Below are positions 19,584 to 29,611 of a DNA stretch of 60,980 nucleotides, in pieces; positions within the stretch are counted from its first letter, which is position 1, and every line of letters starts with the position of its first letter. Below the pieces are notes generated by a model. The model was not told where the DNA came from. It worked only from the letters and a program-made list of their open reading frames with translations, and searched no databases. Both the position numbers and the translations under genes were made by a program. This DNA comes from a virus (Duplodnaviria > Caudoviricetes), in the IMG/VR virus record IMGVR_UViG_3300000317_000001, positions 1-60,980 of that record, one strand, 5' to 3'.

Positions 19584-19969
19584 TGGAAGAAAAGCAAATG
19601 GAGTACGTTGATTACTTTAGTGATTTAGAACTTAGAGATGTAGTTTCAAAGTTGCAAATAAAAATGCGCCAAATGAAAACAAATCAAAATGAAAGATTGA
19701 TTGAGCTTGACATAAAACGCCAAGCTTTAGAAAAAGAGTTAAATCAAAAAGGGAGAAAATATGAACAAGATAAGAAAATAGTGTTACTTAATGGAAATGA
19801 TGCTCAAAAAGCACAAAAACTCGCAGAGTTAAAAGTACTAGAGCGTACAATATTGAGTGTATGTAACGCAATGCTTAAGATTAGTGGTGAAATGATTACG
19901 ATAAAAGAACTTGTTAAGTTTATGGATGAACTGGCAATATCCGCTAGGGAACATGGTATAGAAAACTAA
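19583..19969 (+). CDS. coiled-coil hypothetical protein
   Basis: RBS GAGGT; heptad-rich sequence. Confidence 0.6.
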   Translation: MEEKQMEYVDYFSDLELRDVVSKLQIKMRQMKTNQNERLIELDIKRQALEKELNQKGRKYEQDKKIVLLNGNDAQKAQKLAELKVLERTILSVCNAMLKISGEMITIKELVKFMDELAISAREHGIEN

Positions 19970-19991
19970 CGCTAAAATAGGAGGAAATCAA

Positions 19992-20351
19992 ATGAAATTT
20001 GTACAAACTTATATAAGGGAAAAACATTCATATTTGAAAAGTGAAAAGAGCATAGAAACAACTAAACTAGAGAGATTTGAAAAGGAACTTGGTGACTTGA
20101 TAAAAATGATACCGTGTGTTGAATTTGAAACTTCTATGCAAAAAACAATAAGTGATGAATTGCAAAAGAAAATGTGTGAAAAACAATTGCAAATTTTTGA
20201 AGTCAAAACTAGAATTGAGATGCTGATAGTTCAAATAGATTTAATACTTGACCTGCATAGCTTTATTTTAGAAAGATATACTTCTAAAAAGGCGAGACAA
20301 AATGCGAATAAAAAGATTAAAGGAGATAAAAATGATGTGTATAGCAGATGA
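19992..20351 (+). CDS. coiled-coil hypothetical protein
   Basis: AGGAGG RBS; heptad-rich sequence. Confidence 0.6.
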   Translation: MKFVQTYIREKHSYLKSEKSIETTKLERFEKELGDLIKMIPCVEFETSMQKTISDELQKKMCEKQLQIFEVKTRIEMLIVQIDLILDLHSFILERYTSKKARQNANKKIKGDKNDVYSR

Positions 20352-20571
20352 TTTAATAGTTTCAATGCAGTTTGAGAAAATGGGTAAAAAGACAGTTGTA
20401 TGTCTTTGCAGGTTGATAAATGGTTTTGAAGTAGTTACAAGTGCAAGCTGTATCAGAGAAAAAGATTTTGATTTTAACGTAGGTAGCAAATTAGCTAGAG
20501 AAAGAGCAGCAGTAAAAATTGCAGAATTAGAAGCATACGCAGAACACAATGATGAATACCAAATTGGTTAG
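20332..20571 (+). CDS. phage Gp49/Gp66-family protein
   Basis: TVVCLCRLINGFEV..SASC....FD..VG...A...A..KI.ELE.Y. Confidence 0.75.
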   Translation: MMCIADDLIVSMQFEKMGKKTVVCLCRLINGFEVVTSASCIREKDFDFNVGSKLARERAAVKIAELEAYAEHNDEYQIG

Positions 20572-20634
20572 ATATTTAGCACACAGTGCTTCATATAAAT
20601 AAAAATATAAAAAGTATAAGGGAGAAATTAAAAA

Positions 20635-21435
20635 ATGAAAAAGAAAATTATTAGTTTTGTAACAGCAGTAAGTTTAGTAGGTCTATTAGGTTCAAGTGTG
20701 TTTGCAGAAGATACTACACCTAATGCAACACCAACAACTACTTTAGAAGCAACCGTAACACCAGAAGTAACGCCAACAGCAATAGTTACACCAGAAACAA
20801 CTGCTACTCCAGAAGTTACAGCAACAGTATCAAATACACCAACTGCTACTCCAGAAGTAACAAATAGTGCAACTGCTACTCCAGTAGCAACATCAACTGT
20901 AACAAACAATACTACAACAAATTATACTACAACAACAAATAATTATCACTACTATTATTCATATAGTAAAGTTGATAACCGTAACTACAGTACAAACATT
21001 ACAGTTAACAACCATAACATAAATTATGGAAAACAAATAATTGCACAAGGTGGAATTGCAACAGTAAATACAACTTTAATTAATGGTGGAACTTTCACAC
21101 AAAATATTAAAATTGCAGAAGGTAAAAATGTGATTCAGTTTAAAAAGAATGGACACAACTACAGAAGTGAGTTTTATGTATATGGTTCAGATCAGGAAAT
21201 TAAGCACGTAAGAACAAAAAATGTGTATTTGTTATCACAAAACACAAAAGGAACAGGAAATTCAAAAACAAATGTAGTTGGAACTAGTGTAGTAACATCA
21301 ACTTTGCCACAAAGTGAAGTTGTAACAACACTACCTACAACAGGAGAATCTTTTCCTACTGCTTCAGTTGCTGGAGGTATCTTAATAATGCTAGTTGGAT
21401 TAGGTTTTGTGTTTAAGAACAAAATCTTAAACTAA
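20635..21435 (+). CDS. cell-wall-anchored LPXTG protein with Thr/Pro-rich repeats
   Basis: Signal peptide ending VFA-E, TATPEVT repeats, LPTTG + hydrophobic helix + KNK tail; terminator at 21448-21485. Confidence 0.85.
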   Translation: MKKKIISFVTAVSLVGLLGSSVFAEDTTPNATPTTTLEATVTPEVTPTAIVTPETTATPEVTATVSNTPTATPEVTNSATATPVATSTVTNNTTTNYTTTTNNYHYYYSYSKVDNRNYSTNITVNNHNINYGKQIIAQGGIATVNTTLINGGTFTQNIKIAEGKNVIQFKKNGHNYRSEFYVYGSDQEIKHVRTKNVYLLSQNTKGTGNSKTNVVGTSVVTSTLPQSEVVTTLPTTGESFPTASVAGGILIMLVGLGFVFKNKILN

Positions 21436-21545
21436 AATTGGCAAACAAATATGTGAGTTTTAAATAACTCACATATTTTTTTTTTCGCTAAATCCGCTAG
21501 GGAACATGGAAGTTTTTATTTTTGAGTAATATACCAATAAATACT

Positions 21546-21639
21546 CAAAATAGTAATGGTTATAGCCGAATTAAAATATCTAAATTACATAAATATATGA
21601 AAACGTTTTTTATATTCGCCTATAACCATTATTATTTTG
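21546..21639. repeat. tripartite palindrome family, copy 4
   Basis: CAAAATAGTAATGGTTATAGCCGAAT..CATAAATATATG..ATTCGCCTATAACCATTATTATTTTG. Confidence 0.92.
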
Positions 21640-21740
21640 TTAAAAAATAAAAATAAAATAATATATGAAAAACTATTGATTTATATTGTAAAATATCATA
21701 TAATATAATTATAAATAAAAATTATAAAGGAGTTAAGTTT

Positions 21741-22371
21741 ATGAAAACAAATTGGAACTTAGAAAGTGAAATTTCATTCAAAAATGATCTTGAATGCACA
21801 TCAGAAATGCTAAAAAGAATTGCTCAGTTAGATGCGAACACGCAAAAAATCCAAGATTCCCTAGTGGATATCGATCTAGTCAAGTGCATTCAAGAGGATG
21901 ATTTATATTTTTTAACAGGAGGAAAATAAAGATGGATTTATTTAAAGGTACAGCAACATATTGTAAGTGCAGAAGAAAAAGAGTTTACGACAAACATACA
22001 GGTGGTTGTAGACAAGGGTATTGTGAAACTTGCGCATACTTCAAAGAGTGGAAAAAAGATAGAATTAAAATAGCAAAGCAAAGAGTTAAAAGATACAAAA
22101 ACACAATTAGACCTTATGAAGGGAAGTGATTAGCGTGTCTAAAAATTACAGAATTGGTTCAAGATTTAGCTGTTGTGGGTATTATAAATCTTGCATGTTG
22201 CAAAACAAATGCGTATTTGGAGATCAATTTCATAGATTACAGGAGTGCTCCTTAGGTCAAAGATGTTTTGTAATCAAAGATGTTCAATTTTTAGAGTTTT
22301 ATAAAAATTCAGTTATATCAAAATTAACAAAAGAAGAAATTAAAGAGTGGAAGGGTGTTAGTTTATTATGA
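21741..22371 (+). CDS. three small ORFs (21741-21929, 21932-22129, 22126-22371), the last two Cys-rich
   Basis: ORF track; promoter at 21676; RBSs and overlaps. Confidence 0.65.
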
Positions 22372-22922
22372 GTCAAAAAGAGTTTGATAAAACATATAGT
22401 GTGTATGTTTTATACAGAAGAGGTGCAACAAAAGCTGAGTGTGATAATGCATTCAGCTTATGGCTAAAATTAGTTAAGAAATATAAGTTTTCTGAAACTC
22501 AATTTAGTAATGCATATGCACGTCAATACAGCACATCATCTTCAACAAATTCCGCTAGGGAAAATGAAAGTAAAAATTCCCGCAAGTATGAAGAAACAAC
22601 ATCAAGCTGGAGCAGTAGTCAAAAAGATGATTTCTACAAAAAAACATATGGGTTTTATGATGAAGGTTTCAAAGGGAACAATAATTATAGCAAACGAAAA
22701 GAGCAACAGCAAAAACAAGAGCAAGCTCACACATGGGCAACTCAAGCACAATATAGCTATATTTTAGCTATATGTCATGCTTTTGGCTTAGAACAACCAC
22801 CAAGGTTCATAACCTATGATCAAGCTAGGCAGTTCTTAAATCATTGGGCAACTGTTTACGAAAACTTTATTAAATATAAAAACAGTTTTCATCAAAAATT
22901 TGGACATGAGTGGTATAAATAA
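22368..22922 (+). CDS. hypothetical protein with DUF2786-like N-terminus
   Basis: RGATKAECDNA...LVKKY. Confidence 0.5.
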   Translation: MSQKEFDKTYSVYVLYRRGATKAECDNAFSLWLKLVKKYKFSETQFSNAYARQYSTSSSTNSARENESKNSRKYEETTSSWSSSQKDDFYKKTYGFYDEGFKGNNNYSKRKEQQQKQEQAHTWATQAQYSYILAICHAFGLEQPPRFITYDQARQFLNHWATVYENFIKYKNSFHQKFGHEWYK

Positions 22923-22990
22923 GTTGTAAGGGTAAAGTATCTAAAATCTACTGTCAAAACAAAAAAAAAATTTTAAAGGAGATTAAAAAC

Positions 22991-23701
22991 ATGAAAAATG
23001 AATTAGCAATTTTTAAAAATGAGGCATTTGGAGAAATTAGAACAATTGAAGAAGGAAATCAAATCTGGTTTGCCGCAAATGATATATGTAAAATATTTGA
23101 AATTCAAAACACAAGTCAAGCAATTAGTCGCTTAGGCAAGGAAGACGTGCAAATTTCTAATATATATATGGTGGCAAAGACGCAATTTGTTGATATGATT
23201 TTCATTACAGAAACTGGCCTATATGAACTTGCGTTCACATCAAGAAAAGAAAATGCAAGAATGTTTACAAAATGGGTTGCAAATGAAGTTCTTCCATCAA
23301 TTAGAAAAACGGGCATGTATGGCTTTAAACCAAAAACACTAGGTGCTACAATGGAAAGAAGATCTAGGTCATTTAAACTTAGCGTAAATGATTCTGATAA
23401 TTTAGCACTTTCCAGAAAATTTTGGGGTAAAAGCTTTGATCAAATTGTTTTAGAAGCTTTATATACTCACAAAATTGAAGAACACGAGGAATATCCAAGA
23501 GATATAAAGTTAAAAGAGCATAACGTATCCATGAATGATAGTTCATTTCTTGAATTAACTGAGCTTTTTGGTAAAAATGCACTTGAAAAAGTGTTTAAAT
23601 CATATATTTACTCAAAAGATAACATAATTGATTTCTCAAAATATATACGTACTGCTCAAGGTTGCTTGCATGTATCATCAAAACAAAATCAGTTAAGATA
23701 A
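22991..23701 (+). CDS. BRO-N domain protein (antirepressor-like) with RHH-like C-terminus
   Basis: FKNEAFGEIRT..WFAANDIC..ITETGLY..SRK.NA..F..WV..EVLPSIRKTG.Y. Confidence 0.88.
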   Translation: MKNELAIFKNEAFGEIRTIEEGNQIWFAANDICKIFEIQNTSQAISRLGKEDVQISNIYMVAKTQFVDMIFITETGLYELAFTSRKENARMFTKWVANEVLPSIRKTGMYGFKPKTLGATMERRSRSFKLSVNDSDNLALSRKFWGKSFDQIVLEALYTHKIEEHEEYPRDIKLKEHNVSMNDSSFLELTELFGKNALEKVFKSYIYSKDNIIDFSKYIRTAQGCLHVSSKQNQLR

Positions 23702-23708
23702 TGCTCTT

Positions 23709-23742
23709 AAATACGGCTTAAAATATGTTTTAAGCCGTATTT
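23709..23742. terminator. intrinsic terminator
   Basis: AAATACGGCTTAAA-loop-TTTAAGCCGTATTT followed by a T-rich run. Confidence 0.75.
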
Positions 23743-23924
23743 ATTTTGTGTTTTTAAATTCTTAGATTTCTAATTAAAATTTAATCGGAAAATTAAAATT
23801 TAAATTTGGTGGTTTTAAGTTACGTTTAAAACCCATTTATATGTAAATATATGTAAATATCCGTTCCCTATAACCCGTATAAATCGTATGTTTCTGCATG
23901 TTCATTTTGTAAAAAATAACCGTG

Positions 23925-24004
23925 CAAAATAGTAATGGTTATAGCCGAATATAGGCCTTCGGTTTTCATATTTATATGGAATGGAAATTTAAATTCGGCT
24001 ATAA
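23925..24004. repeat. tripartite palindrome family, copy 5
   Basis: CAAAATAGTAATGGTTATAGCCGAAT..CATATTTATATG..ATTCGGCTATAA. Confidence 0.92.
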
Positions 24005-24134
24005 ATAGGGCATATAAAAAAATTCCTATAACCTTACGTAATCGTAGGTTATAGGGTGCTCCATTTCCATTAAATTTTCCGTGTTTGATCGCTTTCCGCT
24101 AGGGAATCTTTTGTCTTTTTTGCGTCTTTTTTAT

Positions 24135-24416
24135 TTATTTTGATGTAGGTTTTTTAAAGATCATAAAACCTTTAGGTTTTTTAAAGGTCATAAAATCACC
24201 TAATCTCTTGGGTTTTGCGGTAGTTTCATTATGTTCTTTAAGTTCACTCATGCTTAAAATTCTAAGAGCTTTAGATAAACTAATGTTGTATTCTACTGCA
24301 AACTTTTTAAGAAGTTCATAATCTTGCATTTTAAATTGAATAGTGCATGTAACTTCAGCACTCTTAGGTTGATCATACATTTGCTTTAATTTTTTTAAAT
24401 TTTCCATTCTAATCAT
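24135..24416 (-). CDS. RHH-like DNA-binding protein
   Basis: CTIQF..QDYELLKKFAVEYNISLSKALRILS; paralog of the neighbouring ORF. Confidence 0.7.
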   Translation of the reverse strand: MIRMENLKKLKQMYDQPKSAEVTCTIQFKMQDYELLKKFAVEYNISLSKALRILSMSELKEHNETTAKPKRLGDFMTFKKPKGFMIFKKPTSK

Positions 24417-24598
24417 CTCCCTTTATTATGTTTTTTAATTGCACGTATGCTTAAAAGCCTAATAGCATGTGATAAACTTATGCAATGTTCATGTGCAAAT
24501 TTCTTTAGCAAAGAATGTTCTTCTTCGTTAAACTGAGCAGTACATACAATTGCATCTTTAATTTCCTTTAATTTCTTTAGATTTTCTAGATTTTCCAT
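24413..24598 (-). CDS. RHH-like DNA-binding protein
   Basis: CTAQFNEEEHSLLKKFAHEHCISLSHAIRLLS; start chosen after AAAGGAG. Confidence 0.7.
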   Translation of the reverse strand: MENLENLKKLKEIKDAIVCTAQFNEEEHSLLKKFAHEHCISLSHAIRLLSIRAIKKHNKGR

Positions 24599-24619
24599 GT
24601 AATCTCTCCTTTCCACTAG

Positions 24620-25730
24620 GGATCATATTTTTACTTAGTTTATATGATATGGTATGTTATATATTATATATTAAGAAGGGAATTATTTCAATGGATTTAT
24701 TGGATTTTCTATATTTTTTTTTTAGTTTATATGATCATATTTTTACTTATTTTATATGGAATTTATTACTGATTAAGTATTATATATATTTGAAGGGAAT
24801 AAATTTCAATGGATTTATTGGATTTTATTGGATTTTATTGGATTTTCTATATTTTTTTTTTAGATGTGAAAACCCTATAACCCGTATAGATAGTATGTTT
24901 TTGAAAATTTCTAGGGCGGTATGGTTCAACGAAAAAAGCTCCAAACGCACGTACCATATAAAGTGAATGGAAATGGAACAAAATGAGTGAAAAACAATGA
25001 AAATATATCTGATATTATTCAACCAAAAAAAATCAAAAGGAATACCTGGTATCTCTTTGTAATATAGGTATATAAAAACATCATTATTAGGGGAAAAATA
25101 AAGGATAATAATAAAATATAATATAATAAATATATATATATAGAAATATATAGAAATATATAGAAATATAAAAAACAATGAAAAACAATGAAAATATATC
25201 TGATATTATTCAATCTAGATGATCTCATCAATAATGGGTTTGCTCTTTTTTTTAGTCATTATGAATAATATCTAAATAAAAATAAGTAAAAACTATAGTT
25301 AATTTTATTTTTTATTCAAGATGTATATGATATTTATGTATAAATACCATATAATTACTAGTAATAATCTATTAAATACCATATAAAATATTTGATTTTC
25401 ACCACCAATCCATAATTTTTAAAATCGATCTTGCGCTTTTTTGGTTGGCCCATTCCGCCCTATAAAAAATTCCATATAATCTCTTTTTTTTAATTTAAAT
25501 ACCCATTGATTTTATATCGAAAATCCTATATAATATAAATATAAATTAAATATAAAATTAAAAATTTAAAGAAAACGTATTTTACTTGAGAATATATTGT
25601 ATTTTCAAGTGATAACCCGTAGTAACCATATAAAATATTTAATTTAAGGGTAATAAGCCCGTAATTTAAGGGTAATAAACCCGTAATAACGTGTAATAAC
25701 CATATAAAAATTTAAAAAAGGAGGAAAACA
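24620..25730. other. AT-rich non-coding control region with direct repeats (candidate origin or packaging/terminus region)
   Basis: Duplicated GATCATATTTTTACTTA, ATTTCAATGGATTTATTGGATTTT and AAAACAATGAAAATATATCTGATATTATTCAA; tandem TATATAGAAA; GTAATAA repeats; lies between divergent RHH genes. Confidence 0.5.
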
Positions 25731-25731
25731 G

Positions 25732-25908
25732 ATGCTTACGAATACAGTAGCGTGCAATTTTAAAGAAGAAGAGTGGTATAGGTTCGAAAAGTTGAAAAAA
25801 CATTATCATAGCCCATCTCAAACTTTTTTAATTAAGCTAGCCTTGAACGAACTTTATGAAAAAACGTTCCCTAGCGGAAAGGACGGTTTAAGTGAAGAAA
25901 TTAAATGA
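25732..25908 (+). CDS. RHH-like protein (58 aa)
   Basis: Hand translation MLTNTVACNFKEEEWYRFEKLKKHYHS..LIKLAL; AAGGAGG RBS. Confidence 0.65.
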   Translation: MLTNTVACNFKEEEWYRFEKLKKHYHSPSQTFLIKLALNELYEKTFPSGKDGLSEEIK

Positions 25909-26191
25909 AGTGGAAATATGTGTTAAGTTAAATGAAGTTGTGTGGAAAAAATTAAGAAGGTTGAAAAAGCATTACCATAAAAAATATATTGATATTGTAG
26001 AGGATGCATGGATTGAGGGGTGTATTAATTATAGTTTTGTTGTTCCGACAGGTCCTCAAAAAGAAATTTCTTTTTTTATAAACAGTGATTTCTTGCTTAT
26101 TATTAAAATACGTTTTGGAGAAGATGCTATACGGCGCATTTTGTATGCGTATGCCGAAACACAACTAGATCCAGAACCATGGGAGGTTTAA
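25892..26191 (+). CDS. tandem RHH-like protein, similar to the C-terminus of the BRO protein at 22991
   Basis: KEISFFINSDFLLIIKIRFGEDAIRRILYAY aligns by eye with KEHNVSMNDSSFLELTELFGKNALEKVFKSY. Confidence 0.55.
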   Translation: MKKLNEVEICVKLNEVVWKKLRRLKKHYHKKYIDIVEDAWIEGCINYSFVVPTGPQKEISFFINSDFLLIIKIRFGEDAIRRILYAYAETQLDPEPWEV

Positions 26192-26192
26192 A

Positions 26193-26828
26193 ATGAAAGA
26201 TTTACTAATTAGCAATTATGATGAATTATATGTGATTTTAGAGAAAGCTTCAAAAGTATTTGGTGTGAAGTACGTTGAATCTTTTGAAAAGATTAATTTG
26301 ATATTAAAGTACTTTGAAAACATGGCAACTAGGAATCCTGATATGCATGAAAAGATATCTTTGGATATTATGAAAGAAATTGCAGGGGAGTCGTATGTAG
26401 AAACTCCTCTTACTTTTAAGAGTAAGTGGCAAGAGTTTTTACGTTGGTATCATAAAGATAAAGAAGTAATAAGTAACAAAATGCCTTATTGTGTATTTTT
26501 AGAAAAAATGATACTTAAAAAATGGATCGCATCTGAAAGTGATATGCTGAGTCAATTAACGCAGCAGTTTGAAATAGAAAAGATTGCTATGTCAAGCTAT
26601 ACATGTACGTTTGAAGCTATGGTGAGTTGGTTTGCAACTCAAACTAATTATCCTAGCCTACTACATGTTGTACATGCATTCGTAAAGTCCCATGAGGTAG
26701 AAATAATAAGTATGTGGACTGAATTGCAACTTTATAAAGATATGCCTAGTGAATTAGTTGTTAAGAGAAGAGTAGCTCATGAGGGGTATCCATTGAGTTG
26801 GAAGTGGCTATATACTCCAAGGAATTAA
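26193..26828 (+). CDS. hypothetical protein
   Basis: GGAGGT RBS; 211-aa ORF. Confidence 0.7.
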   Translation: MKDLLISNYDELYVILEKASKVFGVKYVESFEKINLILKYFENMATRNPDMHEKISLDIMKEIAGESYVETPLTFKSKWQEFLRWYHKDKEVISNKMPYCVFLEKMILKKWIASESDMLSQLTQQFEIEKIAMSSYTCTFEAMVSWFATQTNYPSLLHVVHAFVKSHEVEIISMWTELQLYKDMPSELVVKRRVAHEGYPLSWKWLYTPRN

Positions 26829-27058
26829 AAATTAAAATAAAAAGGAAGTTTTAAAAATTATATTAAAATTTCCTTTTTATTTTATGGAATACGCGTTTTA
26901 TATATCGAAAGGTGTAAAAGTATACCCCAATAAAAACGTACCTTTAAATACGTAAATAAACCCGATTTTTAAATTTTTAAATTTCCTTGTTCCCTAGCGG
27001 ATATCCCTTGATTTAGGCCGCAAAGTATTATATAATTAAATTAAAAGGAGGTATAAAT

Positions 27059-28036
27059 ATGCCATCTATTAATGTAAGGACTATTCATCATAGTGCTGCT
27101 GTTGTTGCTGCTAATGGAACGGATGCTGTTTTGAATGCTAGTGTTGGTGTTAATTTAGCATCACTAATGGTATACATCAGTGGCACTAGTGCTACACGAA
27201 CAGTTGAGTTTAAAGGGAGTTTGGATGGGACTAATTTTGTAACTATTATGGGTCAGAAAATAGCTGATCTTACATTAGCAATATCTACAACATCTTCTGG
27301 AGAAGTTTGGCGGTTTAATGTTGCGGGATTAAAGAAATTTAGAGCAGATTTAACAGCAGTTGCAGGAGGTAATGTAACAATTGTATCTGAAGCTACACCA
27401 ATTGCAAATTCTGTTAATACATCTTTTAGTTCAATTGCTGATGGTAGTGATGTGACATTTGGCGCAAAGACAGACGCTAGAAATACAGCAACTGATGCTA
27501 CCTCTGTTACTGCAATGCAAGTATTAAAAGAAATGTCTTATATGCTGCAAACTAAGGAAAAACCATTTAAGGTAAGTGCATATTTTTCTAGACCTGCAGA
27601 TGCAAATGCATATACAACATTAGATGCAATTACAAATTCAACTTCTGCTCCTGCAATAATGACAATTGATCTTGCAACATCTGGCGTAATTGCAGGGGAT
27701 ATAATTGCAATTACAAATGCTAGAGTACTGGAAACCACAAAATTAAGTGGAGCAAGTGTTAATGTTTGGATATTACCCGCAACATTTACAGCAACTAATG
27801 ACAATGCTGAGCTTGCTTTGTCAGATGCAGAAAATCAAATTGGCGGAATTGTAGTTCCTTGCTTAAATTTATATACTGCATTAAATAATAGCAGAATGGT
27901 TAGTGACTCAGGGTTGTGGTTATTAAATATCCCTAGTGGAACTAGTATTTTTATTGCTCTACAAGCTGCAAGTAATTTTACTCCTGGAAACAATGCACGC
28001 TATGATGTAATAATAGAAGGTGTGATCTTAAAATGA
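27059..28036 (+). CDS. putative virion structural protein
   Basis: Ala/Thr/Ser-rich beta composition; promoter at 27008. Confidence 0.55.
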   Translation: MPSINVRTIHHSAAVVAANGTDAVLNASVGVNLASLMVYISGTSATRTVEFKGSLDGTNFVTIMGQKIADLTLAISTTSSGEVWRFNVAGLKKFRADLTAVAGGNVTIVSEATPIANSVNTSFSSIADGSDVTFGAKTDARNTATDATSVTAMQVLKEMSYMLQTKEKPFKVSAYFSRPADANAYTTLDAITNSTSAPAIMTIDLATSGVIAGDIIAITNARVLETTKLSGASVNVWILPATFTATNDNAELALSDAENQIGGIVVPCLNLYTALNNSRMVSDSGLWLLNIPSGTSIFIALQAASNFTPGNNARYDVIIEGVILK

Positions 28037-29184
28037 GTATAGTTTTATTAGCACCTAAAAATAAAAAAACATGGCTAGAAAAATTAAATGTTGTATCCGC
28101 CTTTTTAGATACAGCTGAAACAAAGTATGCAAAAAGTCGTAATCTTTGGATACAAATAATTCGAGATAGCGACGCAGCAACTATGGATGTTGGGTATGAC
28201 TCGACATCTAGAGCGGCAGCACTTGCTTGGAGTGCCGGAACTAGTAGTTATAAATGCAAAAGATATAATCAAATAGCAGGTAAAGCAGACATAACAATTA
28301 GTTCCTCAGCCGATCAAGAATTAATAATTACAGGTGACGCATGGGTTAATAATACAGCAAAATATTGTCTATTTGAGCCATCTAAGTCGACATTATCGGT
28401 TATGGATATACCACTTAGTGTTAATGGTAGGATGAAAAATAAGGCACTAACTACATATATTATTCAAAAAGATGATAAAAGTGCGGTAACTGGCTATACT
28501 AGTGATTATGTATTTCCCATAAAATGTTCAGCGGGGTCACAAGATTTCGGATGGACTAATTTATCTAACATATATTGGTATCTTGCAGGGGGTAGTAGTA
28601 GCACAAATGCAAGACCTGGCGCAACATTATCGGCAGGAGTAAGCTATTCGTTTGGTACCAATATGCAGGATACCAATATAATTTTATCCTCAAATCTTAC
28701 GTATAAGGTATTTATCGGAAATACAGTTGATTTTCCAAGACTATCTTACTATTTATCGTTACATAACTGTGATTGTATGGGGGATGTTGCTAATTTACCA
28801 CGAGTAAATTATCGACTAAATATTTATAGCAATGAAAGACTTACTGGTCTTGTTGATAATTTACCACCAGTATCATATTATTTATTTTTAAGTAACTCGT
28901 ACAATATTTCTGGTAATTTGTCAAATGCGCCTACACCTAATAATACTGCATACTTATCTTTATGCGCAGCATCGGGCATATATCATGCAAATGCAGCATG
29001 TCCATTAATACATTTGGAATCAACATCAATGTCCGCAAATGATACCGATCAAACTTTAATTTATCTTGCTGCAAATACGACAGTTGTATCAGGGGGAATA
29101 TTATATATCAAAAATAATCGTACATCTGCAAGTGATGCAGCGGTCGCAAGTCTGGCAGGCAAATTTACAATAACTTATGTTTAA
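28033..29184 (+). CDS. putative virion protein with LRR-like ~22-aa repeats
   Basis: G.V.NLP.V.Y.L.L.N unit repeated about 4 times in the C-terminal half. Confidence 0.55.
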   Translation: MSIVLLAPKNKKTWLEKLNVVSAFLDTAETKYAKSRNLWIQIIRDSDAATMDVGYDSTSRAAALAWSAGTSSYKCKRYNQIAGKADITISSSADQELIITGDAWVNNTAKYCLFEPSKSTLSVMDIPLSVNGRMKNKALTTYIIQKDDKSAVTGYTSDYVFPIKCSAGSQDFGWTNLSNIYWYLAGGSSSTNARPGATLSAGVSYSFGTNMQDTNIILSSNLTYKVFIGNTVDFPRLSYYLSLHNCDCMGDVANLPRVNYRLNIYSNERLTGLVDNLPPVSYYLFLSNSYNISGNLSNAPTPNNTAYLSLCAASGIYHANAACPLIHLESTSMSANDTDQTLIYLAANTTVVSGGILYIKNNRTSASDAAVASLAGKFTITYV

Positions 29185-29197
29185 GGAGGGAATAAAA

Positions 29198-29455
29198 ATG
29201 TCATATTTTTTAGTTTTTGATACCGAAACCATTGCAAATGAAACAATGGCAGGAATATCCGCATTAATACATGGTCGTACTTGGGATACCCCAATTTATA
29301 ATGTATATGTGGATAAGTGGTGGGCAGAATCACCACAAGATCAGACACCACCACGTTTCCCACAAACTTGGGATCTATGCGCAGAGTTTAGGCAGGATTT
29401 GGAAGAAACTTGGTTTCAGAATCCGAACCCAGAAGACCCACCAGAATATCCATAG
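29198..29455 (+). CDS. hypothetical Pro/Trp-rich protein
   Basis: AAGGAGG RBS before MSYFLVFD. Confidence 0.6.
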   Translation: MSYFLVFDTETIANETMAGISALIHGRTWDTPIYNVYVDKWWAESPQDQTPPRFPQTWDLCAEFRQDLEETWFQNPNPEDPPEYP

Positions 29456-29611
29456 TTTATGAAAAAAAAAAGATTTAAAATTCCCATTGATTTTTAATGG
29501 AAAGTATTATATAATATAATTAAGGATTTTTATTTTCTATTTCATAAATGTGCATTACATTTGTTTTATATTTTTCATTGACTTGACTTCCTATTGAGAG
29601 GAGATTATTGT

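Noticed and set aside
24649-25231. ORFs 24649-24966, 24825-25178 and 25019-25231
   Set aside because: These are low-complexity F/I/Y translations of AT-rich repeats with no RBS.
26880-26970. Possible second family of degenerate intergenic repeats (also ~23820, ~56935, ~57300)
   Set aside because: The similarity is limited to short AT-rich words and I could not derive a consistent consensus by eye.
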